Positions 1 through 9,601 are shown, counted from the stretch's first letter. The stretch is 64,000 nucleotides of DNA from Acidimicrobiales bacterium (GCA_030681555.1 JAUXRW010000125.1:1730-65729), one strand, 5' to 3'. A program made the numbers and translations. Notes: a model not told the origin generated them from the sequence alone.

Positions 1-14
1 GTCGGATTGTCTGT

Positions 15-43
15 GCGTCGGGCGGCTCCGAGCGGCCCGACGC
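15..43 (-). terminator. GC-rich hairpin downstream of the CoA-transferase gene
   Basis: The inverted repeat gcgtcgggc (15-23) pairs perfectly with gcccgacgc (35-43), leaving an 11-nt loop. It lies about 60 nt 3' of the minus-strand CDS that ends at 103. There is no clear U-tract. Confidence 0.3.
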
Positions 44-102
44 CACCGTAGCGGTTCACGACACACGACACGAGGAGATGACTGTCTCGTGCTGTCCCCG
101 AG

Positions 103-2637
103 TCAGCGCTGGGTGGCGAGGAGGCCGAGTATCTCGGCGGTGTCGGCACCCAGCGCGGGGGCGGGAGCGATTCGCCACGGTCGGTCCCGACGGCGCCAGG
201 GGGCCCCGGGCAGCCGGACGCGTCCCAGCGCCGGATCGTCAACCTCGCACCAGAAGCCGGTGGCGGCCAGGTGCCGGTCGGCCAGCAGGTCAGCCACCGT
301 GGTGACCGGTGTGACGGGCACTCCGCGACGCTGGCCCTCGGCGAAGAGCTCCTGCTTGGTGTAGGTCGCGCTCAACTCCTCCGCCCACTGGTCCAGGAGG
401 TCGGGGGTCTCGATACGGGTGAACAGATCCCGGAACACCGGCTCGCTGGCGGCCTCGTTGCCCGTCCGCTCGAGCATCCAGGCGGCGATGGCGTCCCAGT
501 GATCGGGTTGGAGGATGACGATCGAGGCCCAACCGTCCTTGCAGGCGTACAGGCCCCACGGCCTCAGCAAGGGACGGCGGTTGCCCTGGCGGGCCCGGTG
601 CTGGAGGTCGGACAGGAACATCGGGACACCCGTCTCGCAGGCCACCGCCACCGTCGTCTCCTGCATCGACACGTCGACGAGCTGGCCCCTCCCGGTACGA
701 GCCCGGGCCGCCAGCGCGGCCAGCGCACCGACCGCGGCGTTGACAGCGGCCATGTGACAAGCCAGCGCGGCGGGGCCGCCGGGGACGACCGGCGGAGTGT
801 CGGGGTGTCCTGTCGTGTACAGGACACCCGATCCCGCCCAGGCCACCAGGTTCGAGCCCCGCCAGTTGCGCCGGGGTCCGTCCCGACCGAACGGCGTCAC
901 CGACACCCACACCACGCTCGGGTGTTCGGTCGCCACCGCGTCGTAGCCCGTTCCCAGGCCGTCCAGGTGACCGGGCGCGGTGCCATCGAGGACGACATCC
1001 GCGCTGCCGGCCAGCCGGCGCAGGTTGGCCTGGCCTTCGGGCTGGGTCGGGTCCACGACGACGCTGCGGCAGCCCCCGGCGAACGCGGTCAACCACAGAC
1101 CTTCGTCGACGGTGCACCCGATGCTGCCCCCGGGCGCGTTGCGCAGCGGGCCGCCGTCGGGCGGCTCGGCCAGGACTACCTCGGCCCCCAGCCCGGCGAA
1201 CACCCTCACGGCCTGGGCTATCTCGGGCCCACCGATCGCGACCACGCGCAGACCGGTCAGTGAATCGCGGTCGGAGGCGGCGTCTCCGACCAGTCCTGGC
1301 CGCGGTGTCGCGGGGGTCTCGTACCCGGTCGGATCGAACGGTTCGGGGGTGGCCCCCCAGGGGAGATCGGGGAGTGCAACACGAGCCCAGTCCCGCCAGG
1401 GCCGGTGCGTGGGTTCGAGCTCGCTCACGCTCGGCATCCAGGCCGCGCCCGCGTCGACCAGCGCCGCGATCTCGTCGCCGGTGTATCCGCAGATGTCGCG
1501 GAGCACGTCGACGGTGTCCTCGGCGAACGGCGGACCCGCGTTGGTGAAGCGCCCCGGCGTTTCGGACAGGTGCACCGGGACGCTGGTGAACAGGTCGGTC
1601 CCGATACGGGGATGAGGTGCGAGGGCCCAGAACTGGCGGGCCGCCAGCTGCGGATCGACCACGAGCGCCTCGTTGTCGGCCACGACGGCGGCCGCCACCC
1701 CCGCCTCCTGGAGCCATTGGGCCACCTCGGAGCTGCGGTGCAGCAACGTCCACGCGCTGATCAGCTCGTCGGTCAGGTCGTGGTGCCCCGCCCGGGCCTC
1801 AGGCGTGGACAGGCGGGGGTCGTCGACCCATTCGCGGTGATCCGCCACGGTGCACAAGGACTGCCATTGGGCATCGGAGGTGACGGTCACCGCGACCCAT
1901 CGGTCGTCGCCCCGGCACGGGTACACCCCCTGCGGGGCGGCTCCGGGTTGGCGGTTGCCCGACGCGGCCGGCGTCACCCCGGTGTGGCCGTAGGCCAGCA
2001 CCAGCGGCCCGAGCAGCGAGACGGTCGCCTCCATCTGCGAGAGGTCGATCTGAGCTCCCTGCCCGGTCTCGGCTCGGCGGTGGAGCTCGGCCAGCACCGC
2101 CACGACCGCGTGCACGCCGCTGGAGTAGTCGGGGTAGGAGATGGTCGGGATTCCCGCCGGATCGTGATCCGGGAAGCCGGTGATCCCCTCCAGGCCGACC
2201 AGGGGGGCCTGGTTGGGACCCCAGGCCACGTATTCGTAGTACGGGGTCGCCGGGTCGGATCCGAAGCCGGGCAGGGCTGCGTAAACGATGTCAGGGCGAA
2301 CCGCGGCGACCTCGTCGTAAGTGAGCCCGAGGTTGCCGATGGCCGGGGCGGTGTAGTTGGTCAGGAACACGTCGCTGCTGGCCAGCAGCCGGCGCATGGC
2401 CTTGGCCCCTCCCTCGGTCTTGAGGTCCAGTCCCACCGACCGCTTGCCCGCGTTGAACTCGCCGATGGCGACCCCGGTGTCACGGGCCAGCAGACGCAGC
2501 ACGTCGGGGTTGCGGTCCGACTCCACCTTCACCACGTCGGCACCGAAGAAGGCCAGGTACTTGCCGCACGTGGGCCCTGCGATGGCGATGGACAACTCGC
2601 ACACGCGCACCCCGGTCAGCGGACGCACATCCCCCAT
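103..2637 (-). CDS. Family III (CaiB/BaiF-type) CoA-transferase, two tandem fused domains
   Basis: 844-aa ORF with an ATG at 2637. Both halves open with the family III N-terminal pattern: LTGVRVCELSIAIAGPTCGKYLAFFGADVVKVE in the first half and LTGLRVVAIGGPEIAQAVRVFAGLGAEVVL in the second. Confidence 0.9.
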   Translation of the reverse strand: MGDVRPLTGVRVCELSIAIAGPTCGKYLAFFGADVVKVESDRNPDVLRLLARDTGVAIGEFNAGKRSVGLDLKTEGGAKAMRRLLASSDVFLTNYTAPAIGNLGLTYDEVAAVRPDIVYAALPGFGSDPATPYYEYVAWGPNQAPLVGLEGITGFPDHDPAGIPTISYPDYSSGVHAVVAVLAELHRRAETGQGAQIDLSQMEATVSLLGPLVLAYGHTGVTPAASGNRQPGAAPQGVYPCRGDDRWVAVTVTSDAQWQSLCTVADHREWVDDPRLSTPEARAGHHDLTDELISAWTLLHRSSEVAQWLQEAGVAAAVVADNEALVVDPQLAARQFWALAPHPRIGTDLFTSVPVHLSETPGRFTNAGPPFAEDTVDVLRDICGYTGDEIAALVDAGAAWMPSVSELEPTHRPWRDWARVALPDLPWGATPEPFDPTGYETPATPRPGLVGDAASDRDSLTGLRVVAIGGPEIAQAVRVFAGLGAEVVLAEPPDGGPLRNAPGGSIGCTVDEGLWLTAFAGGCRSVVVDPTQPEGQANLRRLAGSADVVLDGTAPGHLDGLGTGYDAVATEHPSVVWVSVTPFGRDGPRRNWRGSNLVAWAGSGVLYTTGHPDTPPVVPGGPAALACHMAAVNAAVGALAALAARARTGRGQLVDVSMQETTVAVACETGVPMFLSDLQHRARQGNRRPLLRPWGLYACKDGWASIVILQPDHWDAIAAWMLERTGNEAASEPVFRDLFTRIETPDLLDQWAEELSATYTKQELFAEGQRRGVPVTPVTTVADLLADRHLAATGFWCEVDDPALGRVRLPGAPWRRRDRPWRIAPAPALGADTAEILGLLATQR

Positions 2638-2739
2638 GGGCCTTCCCCCCTTCGGCTGGGCCGGATCATACGCGTGGCCAGTTGACGGCGCGGGTCTCGG
2701 TCACTAGTACATAACCGCCACCAACCGGGGGATGCGTTT

Positions 2740-3912
2740 GTGGACTTCGATCTAACGCCCGAGCAGACGGAGTGGCGAGAAGCCGTCCGTTCCTTCCTGT
2801 CGCGCCACCTCACCCCCGAACTACGTGACGAGCTCCTGGCTCTCGGCTTCTCGCACAGCCCTCTGGTGCAGCAGTTCCAGAAGGAGGTGGCGGACCAGGG
2901 CTGGTGGGGCGTCAACTGGCCCGTGGAATACGGCGGCCTCGACAAGACCGCAATGGAGCAGCTCATCCTGATCGACGAGCTGGAGTACGCAGGGGCGCCG
3001 TCGCTGCCCCTCACCGTGACATCCCTGGGGCCGATGATCATCCGGTTCGGTACCGAGGAGAACAAACGGGACTGGTTGCCGCTGGTCACACGGGGGGAGG
3101 CCACCTTCGCGCTCGGCTACTCCGAGCCCGACGCCGGGACCGACCTGGCCAGCCTGCGGACCAAGGCCGAGCTGGACGGCGACGAGTGGATCATCAACGG
3201 CCAGAAGATCTGGAACAGCGAGGCACACCTGGCCACCCACGAATGGCTGGCCGTCCGCACCGACCCCGATGCTCCCAAGCACCGGGGCATCTCCGTGATC
3301 ATCGTCCCGATCGACAGTCCCGGCATCACGATCCAACCGCTGTGGACGTGGGGCGACGTGCGCACCAACCAGGTGTACTTCGAGGACGTGCGGGTCCCCA
3401 AGGGCAACCTCATCGGTGAGGTAAACCAGGGCTGGTACTACATCGTCGGCGCCCTGGCCTTCGAACGCATGGCCCTGGGCACCACGGGTTCTCTCCGACG
3501 CCTGTTCGACGACCTGGTGGACTTCTGCGGACGCACCATGTTCGACGGGCAGACCCTCAGCGAGAGGCCCGAGGTGCAGCTCCGCCTGGCCGAGTTGGCC
3601 GTGGACCTCGAGGTGTCACAGCTCTTCAGCCTGCAGACGGCGACGCTCATGGATGCCGGGGGCATCCCGGCCAAGGAGGCCTCCATGCAGAAGGTCTTCA
3701 CGACCGAGCTGCGGACCAAGCTGGCCGACTGGGGCACCCAGATCGTCGATCTCTACGGGCAGCTCCATCAGTCCGATGAGGACGCGGCGCTCAGCGGTCG
3801 CCTGGAGCGGGCCTACCGGATGGCGCCGTTCCTGCGCTTCGGCGGCGGCACCAACGAGGTCATGCGTTCGATCATCGCCGAACGGGGCCTCGGGCTGCCC
3901 CGGAGCACCTGA
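2740..3912 (+). CDS. Acyl-CoA dehydrogenase
   Basis: 390 aa with a GTG start. It shows ACAD-type blocks (WWGVNWPVEYGG, GYSEPDAGTDLA, INGQKIWNSEAH, FGGGTNEVM). It is divergent from the CoA-transferase gene. Confidence 0.9.
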   Translation: MDFDLTPEQTEWREAVRSFLSRHLTPELRDELLALGFSHSPLVQQFQKEVADQGWWGVNWPVEYGGLDKTAMEQLILIDELEYAGAPSLPLTVTSLGPMIIRFGTEENKRDWLPLVTRGEATFALGYSEPDAGTDLASLRTKAELDGDEWIINGQKIWNSEAHLATHEWLAVRTDPDAPKHRGISVIIVPIDSPGITIQPLWTWGDVRTNQVYFEDVRVPKGNLIGEVNQGWYYIVGALAFERMALGTTGSLRRLFDDLVDFCGRTMFDGQTLSERPEVQLRLAELAVDLEVSQLFSLQTATLMDAGGIPAKEASMQKVFTTELRTKLADWGTQIVDLYGQLHQSDEDAALSGRLERAYRMAPFLRFGGGTNEVMRSIIAERGLGLPRST

Positions 3913-3919
3913 GTCGACG

Positions 3920-5056
3920 ATGGACCTTCAGCCATCACCGGACGAGGCGCTGCTGGCCGAGTCGGCTCGGAAGTCCTTCCTGCGGGATTGCCCGATGTCC
4001 CTCGTCCGTGAGCTCCTCGGGCCGGAGTCCGTGGGCCATTCCCCGGATCTGTGGACCAAGATGGCCGAGCAGGGATGGCTCGGCCTGGGGCTGCCCGAGG
4101 CCCACGGAGGCGCCGGCTCGCTGCTCGACCTCGGGCTGGTGGTCGAGGAGTCCGGTCGGGCCCTGGTTCCCTCGACGTTCCGGTCCACCATGCAGGCCGC
4201 CCTGCTGGTGGCCGGCCTGGGTAACGAGGAGCAGCAGAGCGAGCTGGTGGGCCGGATCTCATCCGGTTTGGCCGTATCGGCGGTGGCCTACACCGAGCCC
4301 CAGGCCATCCACGACCCCCGGTACCTGACCACCCGGGCCGTTCCCGGCGACGATGGGTGGGTCTTGTCCGGCGTGAAGTCGTTCGTGGCCAACGCGCACC
4401 TGGCCGACCCGCTCCTGGTGGTGGCGCGCACGACGGCGGGTGCGCCCGAGCGCGCGCTGACCGTGTTCTGCGTCCCGGCCGGCACCGACGGCGTCACGCT
4501 CGAGCCGCAGGCCACCTTCGCCCACGACCGGCAGTTCCGGGTCCTGCTCGACGGCGTCGGCGTGGGAGACGGCGCCGTCCTGGGAGGCCCGGCCGCCATC
4601 GGTCGGGCCCTGCCGGCGGTGATCGACGCCAGGCAGCGGTGGGTAGCACTGCTCTGCGCGGAGATGGTGGGCGGGGCGCAAAAGGTGCTGGAGCTCACCT
4701 CGGAGTACGTGATCGGACGCGTGCAGTTCGGCAAGCCGATCGGATCCTTCCAGGCCGTCCAACACCATGTGGCCAACATGGCCATGGGGGTCGAGGGCTC
4801 TCGTCTGGCCACCTACCAGGCACTGTGGCGCCTGGCCAACGACCGGCCGGCGGCCAAGTCCGTGGCCATAGCCAAGGCCTGGACCGGTGAGGCCTACAAG
4901 GGGGCGACGGTCATGGCCCACCAGCTCTTCGGAGGCATGGGCTACGTCCGGGAGAACGACCTCCACCTGTGGTCCGAGCACGCCAAGGCCAGCGAGTTGG
5001 CGCTCGGGCCCCGGGACCACCAGTTGCTCAAGGTGGCCAGCGAGCTCGGGCTGTAG
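3920..5056 (+). CDS. Acyl-CoA dehydrogenase family protein (second of an adjacent pair)
   Basis: An in-frame ATG at 3920 lies 8 nt after the upstream stop. The product is 378 aa and ACAD-like (GLPEAHGGAG, QLFGGMGYVRE). The longer track ORF starting at 3653 overlaps the previous gene and was trimmed. Confidence 0.85.
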   Translation: MDLQPSPDEALLAESARKSFLRDCPMSLVRELLGPESVGHSPDLWTKMAEQGWLGLGLPEAHGGAGSLLDLGLVVEESGRALVPSTFRSTMQAALLVAGLGNEEQQSELVGRISSGLAVSAVAYTEPQAIHDPRYLTTRAVPGDDGWVLSGVKSFVANAHLADPLLVVARTTAGAPERALTVFCVPAGTDGVTLEPQATFAHDRQFRVLLDGVGVGDGAVLGGPAAIGRALPAVIDARQRWVALLCAEMVGGAQKVLELTSEYVIGRVQFGKPIGSFQAVQHHVANMAMGVEGSRLATYQALWRLANDRPAAKSVAIAKAWTGEAYKGATVMAHQLFGGMGYVRENDLHLWSEHAKASELALGPRDHQLLKVASELGL

Positions 5057-5110
5057 CTCGGCCCGCCCGTCCTCGAAGGGCTCAGCCGACAATCATAGGA
5101 GGCACGTTCC

Positions 5111-6259
5111 ATGCGAACACCGTTGTGCGACCTGCTCGGGGTGGAGTTCCCGATCATCGCCTTCAGCCATTGCCGCGACGTCGTCGCGGCAGTGACCAAG
5201 GCCGGAGGGTTCGGCGTGCTCGGCGCCATGGCGTTCACGCCCGAGGAGCTCGAGACCGAGCTGAACTGGATCGAGAACGAGATCGGCGATCGGCCCTACG
5301 GCATCGACGTCCTCCTCCCGCAGAAGTACGTCGGCAGCGACGCGGGCGGGCTCTCGATGGGCGAGTTGAAGAACCTCCTCCCCGATGAGCAGCGCCGTTT
5401 CCTGGACGACATGATGGTTCGCTACGAGGTCCCCGAGTTGCCCGACGGCGACGCCGGCCGTGGCCGCGGCGACGGTGACATCGCCCTGGCCGGGCCGGGC
5501 GTCCATCGACTGGTCGAGATCGCCCTCGCCCACCCCATCCGGCTCATCGCCAGCGCCCTCGGGTCCCCTCCCCCCGATCTGGTGGAGAATGCGCATGAAC
5601 GCGGCATCCTCGTCGCCGCCCTCGCCGGCACCAAGCAGCACGCCATGCGGCACAAGGCCATCGGCGTGGACATCATCGTCGCCCAGGGCTACGAGGCGGG
5701 TGGCCACACCGGCGAGATCGCAACGATGGTGCTGGTCCCCGAGGTGGTAGACGCCGTGGCGCCGACCCCGGTGGTGGCGGCCGGCGGCATCGCCCGCGGG
5801 CGGCAGATGGCCGCGGCCATGGCGCTGGGTGCGCAGGGCGTGTGGACTGGGTCCGTGTGGCTCACGACCGAAGAGGCCGAGACGCACCCCGTCATCAAGG
5901 AGAAGTTTCTGGCCGCCACCTCCAGCGACACCGTGCGGAGCCGCTGCAGCACCGGAAAGCCGGCCCGCCAGCTGCGGACGGCTTGGACGGACGAGTGGGA
6001 GAACCCGGCCAACCCGGATCCGCTGCCGATGCCCCTTCAGCCGATCCTCACCGCTCGCGCCCAGGAGCGCATCCGCCGCTCGTCCAACGCTCCGGGCTCG
6101 GGCGCATCCCAACTGGCCACCTACTTCGTGGGCCAGGTGGTGGGCAGCATGAACAAGGTGAAGCCGGCCCGCCAGGTCGTGCTCGAGATCGTGGATGAGT
6201 ACATCGACGCCGCGAGCGCCCTCAGCGACGGCCTGTCCGCGTTGGGAGCCGACCAGTAG
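5111..6259 (+). CDS. Nitronate monooxygenase / FMN-dependent NMO-family oxidoreductase
   Basis: 382 aa. It shows NMO/FabK-like blocks (FPIIAFSH, IVAQGYEAGGHTG, PVVAAGGIA). An AGGAGG sequence lies a few nt upstream of the ATG. Confidence 0.85.
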   Translation: MRTPLCDLLGVEFPIIAFSHCRDVVAAVTKAGGFGVLGAMAFTPEELETELNWIENEIGDRPYGIDVLLPQKYVGSDAGGLSMGELKNLLPDEQRRFLDDMMVRYEVPELPDGDAGRGRGDGDIALAGPGVHRLVEIALAHPIRLIASALGSPPPDLVENAHERGILVAALAGTKQHAMRHKAIGVDIIVAQGYEAGGHTGEIATMVLVPEVVDAVAPTPVVAAGGIARGRQMAAAMALGAQGVWTGSVWLTTEEAETHPVIKEKFLAATSSDTVRSRCSTGKPARQLRTAWTDEWENPANPDPLPMPLQPILTARAQERIRRSSNAPGSGASQLATYFVGQVVGSMNKVKPARQVVLEIVDEYIDAASALSDGLSALGADQ

Positions 6260-6447
6260 CCGAGCTGGACCTGCGCCGCGGCAGTACCGCCAACTCAACG
6301 TGGTCGCCGGGATCTTAAGTCCGCGGGGGCGAGCTCAGTCGATGGGCTCGTCATCGCACGCACCGGCTGGGCGTTTCCCTCCGCTCCGCTAGAACGCGCT
6401 TGCCGTGGGTCGCTCCGCCGGTCCACGCCGGTGCGCCGGCAAGGCTT

Positions 6448-7374
6448 TCACGACCGGTGGAGCCACTCCAGCAGGTCGGGTGGGCCGAGGGTGGCAACTC
6501 GTTCCTGGTAGCGGCGAATCTCGACATCGTTCCGGAGGATCTCCCGCCACGCACCGCTGCGGCCCCGGCGGAAGAACGCTGTGGTGTCGAGCCAGAAGCC
6601 GGCATCGGTGTTCGGCGCCGTGATCGACGCCTGCCGGCGCATCGACTCGAAGCCGGCGGCGTGGACCAGCGCAGGCCACCTGTCCTCGGGCACCCCGATG
6701 CCGAGACGGTCAGCCAGCCGGCGCATCTCGCCCTCGAGGTCGTCTTTGAGATCCTGGTAGTGGACGAGTACGACGTGTTCTCGGTCACGTTCGTCCCAGA
6801 ACGTCTGCACGTGGCCGACCGTGCGCGGCAGCGACGATGACGCCGCGCCGACCGGGCTGTCGTCGAGCACCCAGCGCCAGAACTGTGCCTGCGGTGACTG
6901 GTCGAGGTCGGTCGGAGGCGGCATCGGGACGGGAGGCGCGTCGAGGCCGTCGGCCTCGGCCGCCGCTGCGTTGAGAGCGATCATCCGGCCGAAGTCGAGG
7001 TTGCTCATGTGGTCGGACATGGACAGCGCCACGTCGCGCGGATCGCGTGCGACACAGATGTAGGTGACGCCCTCGGCGACGGGAAGGCCGCTCAGCGGAG
7101 TGTGGGTCTTGATGAAGCGCCGATGGGTCTGGGCGGCCAGGTCCGCGAAGACCTCCTTCCTGGAACGGGTACGCATGTCGAGCCACGGCGAGAGCTTCGC
7201 CAACGGCGCCGGCAGGTCAGGCGTCTGGAAGAGCAAGAGGGCGACGATCATCTGCGTCCACGTGGTGCCGCATTTCGGCGGCGTGCTGATGACGATGTCG
7301 TCAGGCCGGAACTCGAAACCCTCCCACCTGCTGTTGTCGTAGACAATCGTGGAGAAGACCTCGCGTTCAGGCAT
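6448..7374 (-). CDS. PAPS-dependent sulfotransferase
   Basis: 308 aa. It has the 5'-PSB loop PPKCGTTW, RFIKTHTP, and a C-terminal RRGRSGAWREIL block resembling the RKGxxGDW motif of sulfotransferases. Confidence 0.85.
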   Translation of the reverse strand: MPEREVFSTIVYDNSRWEGFEFRPDDIVISTPPKCGTTWTQMIVALLLFQTPDLPAPLAKLSPWLDMRTRSRKEVFADLAAQTHRRFIKTHTPLSGLPVAEGVTYICVARDPRDVALSMSDHMSNLDFGRMIALNAAAAEADGLDAPPVPMPPPTDLDQSPQAQFWRWVLDDSPVGAASSSLPRTVGHVQTFWDERDREHVVLVHYQDLKDDLEGEMRRLADRLGIGVPEDRWPALVHAAGFESMRRQASITAPNTDAGFWLDTTAFFRRGRSGAWREILRNDVEIRRYQERVATLGPPDLLEWLHRS

Positions 7375-7411
7375 AGCCCATCTTCCACCCGGTTACCTCG
7401 GGGCGCCATGA

Positions 7412-7700
7412 GAACTTGCGGCCGATCGATATTCGTCGGACGGCCCCCCGGTCGGCCGCGTCAAGGGGGTGGTGACTCTTATCGATGGCCCTTGCGTTCA
7501 CCCACACCTGGGACCTGGCGCGCGCCACGGGCCAGGACGAGGCGCTCGATCCCGAGCAGCTCCAGCGCATGGTTGCGGCGATGGGAGCGATGCCGGAAGA
7601 GGCGCTGCGAGCGGATGGCATGTTCGGTCCCCCGATCGACGTTGCCGATGATGCCGACGACCAGACGAGGTTCCTCGCCTACGTGGGCCGTCAGGCGTAG
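7412..7700 (+). pseudogene. C-terminal remnant of a DinB-like / TIGR03086-type protein (N-terminus missing, internal frame change)
   Basis: The 71-aa ORF ALAFTHTWDLARATGQDE...FLAYVGRQA parallels the C-terminus of the intact paralogue at 24294-24854 (GLVHGWDLATATGQEY...LVAFSGR). The preceding piece, PVGRVKGVVTLID, is in another frame. The sulfotransferase start at 7374 leaves no room for the roughly 110 missing N-terminal residues. Confidence 0.6.
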
Positions 7701-7715
7701 CCCCTGCGGGCCGAG

Positions 7716-8183
7716 TCATCCCGTGTCCTTGCGCACTGGCCAGACGTAGGGGAGGTGGTCGGGCACGTCGCCGAACGCGGCTCCGTACCACTCCGGGTCC
7801 TTGCGGAGGAGCGCTGACCGGTGACTTCGGTGGACGTCGTCGTCGCCGAGCCACGGTGGGAGTGCGCCGGCCGTGGCGAGCTCTCCTTGCGAGCGGGGCG
7901 GTACGGGCACGGCGGCGGCGGCGAGGTCGTCGAGGATCTTCACCTCGCAGGTGTCGGCATGGCCGCGATGGCACCACTCGCGGCAGACCTCCACGGCGTA
8001 CGCGCCGAGGGCTTCCTCGTGGCCCCGCCACATGAGCACGGCCGGATGGTGCTTCCATCCGTACACCGGCCGCGTCAGGGCACGGAGGATCTGCATCGCC
8101 TCGACGCGCTGCTTGCCCAAGCGGCGGGGGTCGAGCACCGCCGCGCTCTTCGTGAAGTCCGGATACGGGAGGAACGTCTGCAT
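7716..8183 (-). CDS. Pyrimidine-dimer DNA glycosylase (T4 endonuclease V-like, Pyr_excise family) homologue
   Basis: The start is taken at the internal ATG (MQTFLPYPDFTKSAAVLDPRRLGKQRVEAMQIL). That ATG shares one base with the nei stop (TGATG at 8181-8185). The product is 155 aa. The family assignment is from recalled sequence patterns, not from a search. Confidence 0.7.
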   Translation of the reverse strand: MQTFLPYPDFTKSAAVLDPRRLGKQRVEAMQILRALTRPVYGWKHHPAVLMWRGHEEALGAYAVEVCREWCHRGHADTCEVKILDDLAAAAVPVPPRSQGELATAGALPPWLGDDDVHRSHRSALLRKDPEWYGAAFGDVPDHLPYVWPVRKDTG

Positions 8184-8968
8184 CAGCGAGGTACTTGGCA
8201 CGTCTCGCAGGCGTAGGCGGTGCGGCCGGCGAGCGTCCAGGTACGCACCTCGGAACCACAGTCCCGACAACGAGCCTGTTTGTACACGTACCGGCCCTCC
8301 GGCGGGTCCAGCCCCGTGCGGTCGAAGCCGACTGGCGTCTCGACGGTCACGATGCGTCCCGCCTCGGTCGCCCGCTCCATCAGACGGACGAGCGTCGCCC
8401 AGAGGCAGCGCAGGTCGTCGTTCGTCAGCGACGTCCCACTGCGCTCGGGGTGGACGCCGCAGCGGTGCAGGACCTCGGCGCGAAAGACGTTGCCCACCCC
8501 GGCGATGACGCCCTGATCGAGCAGCAGGGCGCCGATCGGCTTCGCGCTCGCCGAGATCCGAGCGAACGCCGCCGCAGGATCATCGGCGCGGAGCGGGTCG
8601 GGCCCGAGCCGGGCGAGCAGCGACCGCCTTTCGCTCTCGTCCAGCAGCTCGCAGCGGGTCGGTGCGACGATGTCCCACGTAGGTCCCGGCGGCTCGATCG
8701 CGAGCCGTAGGCGCACGCCGGACGAGGCGGTTCCCTCCGGTGCGGCTCGGAAGATGGATCCCTGGAGCCCGAGATGCACGTGCAGGTGGACATGGCCGAA
8801 GTCGCCCAACAGGTGCTGGCCGTAGGCCTGGACGTCTTCGACGGTGCGGCCATCGAGGATCCACGCCCCCTCGGCGAAGCGTCCTTGCGGCGACGACGCT
8901 GCGACACGATGGCCGACGAGAGGCCGCCACGCGCGAGCGACGCCGTGGATCGTGTGGCCCTCGGGCAT
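8183..8968 (-). CDS. nei: Fpg/Nei-family DNA glycosylase (endonuclease VIII-like)
   Basis: The start is taken at MPEGHTIH, because the family needs an N-terminal Pro2. There is a C-terminal zinc finger, CRDCGSEVRTWTLAGRTAYACETC. The product is 261 aa. Confidence 0.85.
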   Translation of the reverse strand: MPEGHTIHGVARAWRPLVGHRVAASSPQGRFAEGAWILDGRTVEDVQAYGQHLLGDFGHVHLHVHLGLQGSIFRAAPEGTASSGVRLRLAIEPPGPTWDIVAPTRCELLDESERRSLLARLGPDPLRADDPAAAFARISASAKPIGALLLDQGVIAGVGNVFRAEVLHRCGVHPERSGTSLTNDDLRCLWATLVRLMERATEAGRIVTVETPVGFDRTGLDPPEGRYVYKQARCRDCGSEVRTWTLAGRTAYACETCQVPR

Positions 8969-9100
8969 CTCCGACCGGGTACCCGCAACCGCCCCGGAGC
9001 ATCCCGCGGCGGGAGCGGCAGCGCCTCCGGGCGACGAGCCCAGGTCTGTGTCCCGGTCCCTCAAGGATCCAGCTGCCGGGAATCTGCCTACACCTCGATC

Positions 9101-9556
9101 TCAGGCGCCGCCCGAGCGGCGCTCGTCGAGCGCCCCGACGAGGCGCTCCATGAGTTCAGCCAGGCGTTCCCGGTCCTCCGTCGAGAAGGTGGCCAGAACC
9201 TCGGCCAGCATTGCCGTGGCTCGGTCCCGTACCCGCCGGAGCAGCGTCTGGCCCGCCGCGGTGGCCTCCACGACGATGCCGCGGGCGTCGTCGTGGTCCA
9301 CCCGTCGGGCGACGAGCCCGGCTGCTTCGAGGCGGTCGATGGCCCGGGTCGCGCTGGAGCGGTCGACCCGGAGAACCACCGCAACCTCGGCCATCCGGCA
9401 GGGGCCGTGAGTGACGACGGCATCGAGGGCGTCGGCCTGGCCGGGGTCGAGCGCGACGGCGGGGCCGTACACCGCGGCCCGGATCTCCGGGGTCGAGGCG
9501 ACCCGGCGCAGCTCGCGCCACGCCGTCCGCACCCGCTCGGCCACCTCCCGATCCAT
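9101..9556 (-). CDS. MarR-family transcriptional regulator
   Basis: 151 aa from the ATG at 9556. It has a winged-HTH core (MAEVAVVLRVDRSSATRAIDRLEAAGLVARRVDHDDARG). It is divergent from the MFS gene. Confidence 0.85.
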   Translation of the reverse strand: MDREVAERVRTAWRELRRVASTPEIRAAVYGPAVALDPGQADALDAVVTHGPCRMAEVAVVLRVDRSSATRAIDRLEAAGLVARRVDHDDARGIVVEATAAGQTLLRRVRDRATAMLAEVLATFSTEDRERLAELMERLVGALDERRSGGA

Positions 9557-9564
9557 CGCCACCC

Positions 9565-9601
9565 GTTGCACCGTACAAGAATAGTGGTTGTAGGGTGCAA
9601 C
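9565..9601. promoter_or_regulatory. 14-bp inverted repeat, candidate MarR operator in the marR/MFS divergent region
   Basis: gttgcaccgtacaa (9565-9578) and ttgtagggtgcaac (9588-9601) are complementary at 13 of 14 positions. The right arm ends 1 nt before the MFS ATG at 9603. Confidence 0.55.

Noticed and set aside
2638-2739. Operator in the AT-richer divergent region between the CoA-transferase and ACAD genes
   Set aside because: I found no convincing inverted or direct repeat, and no regulator gene is adjacent.
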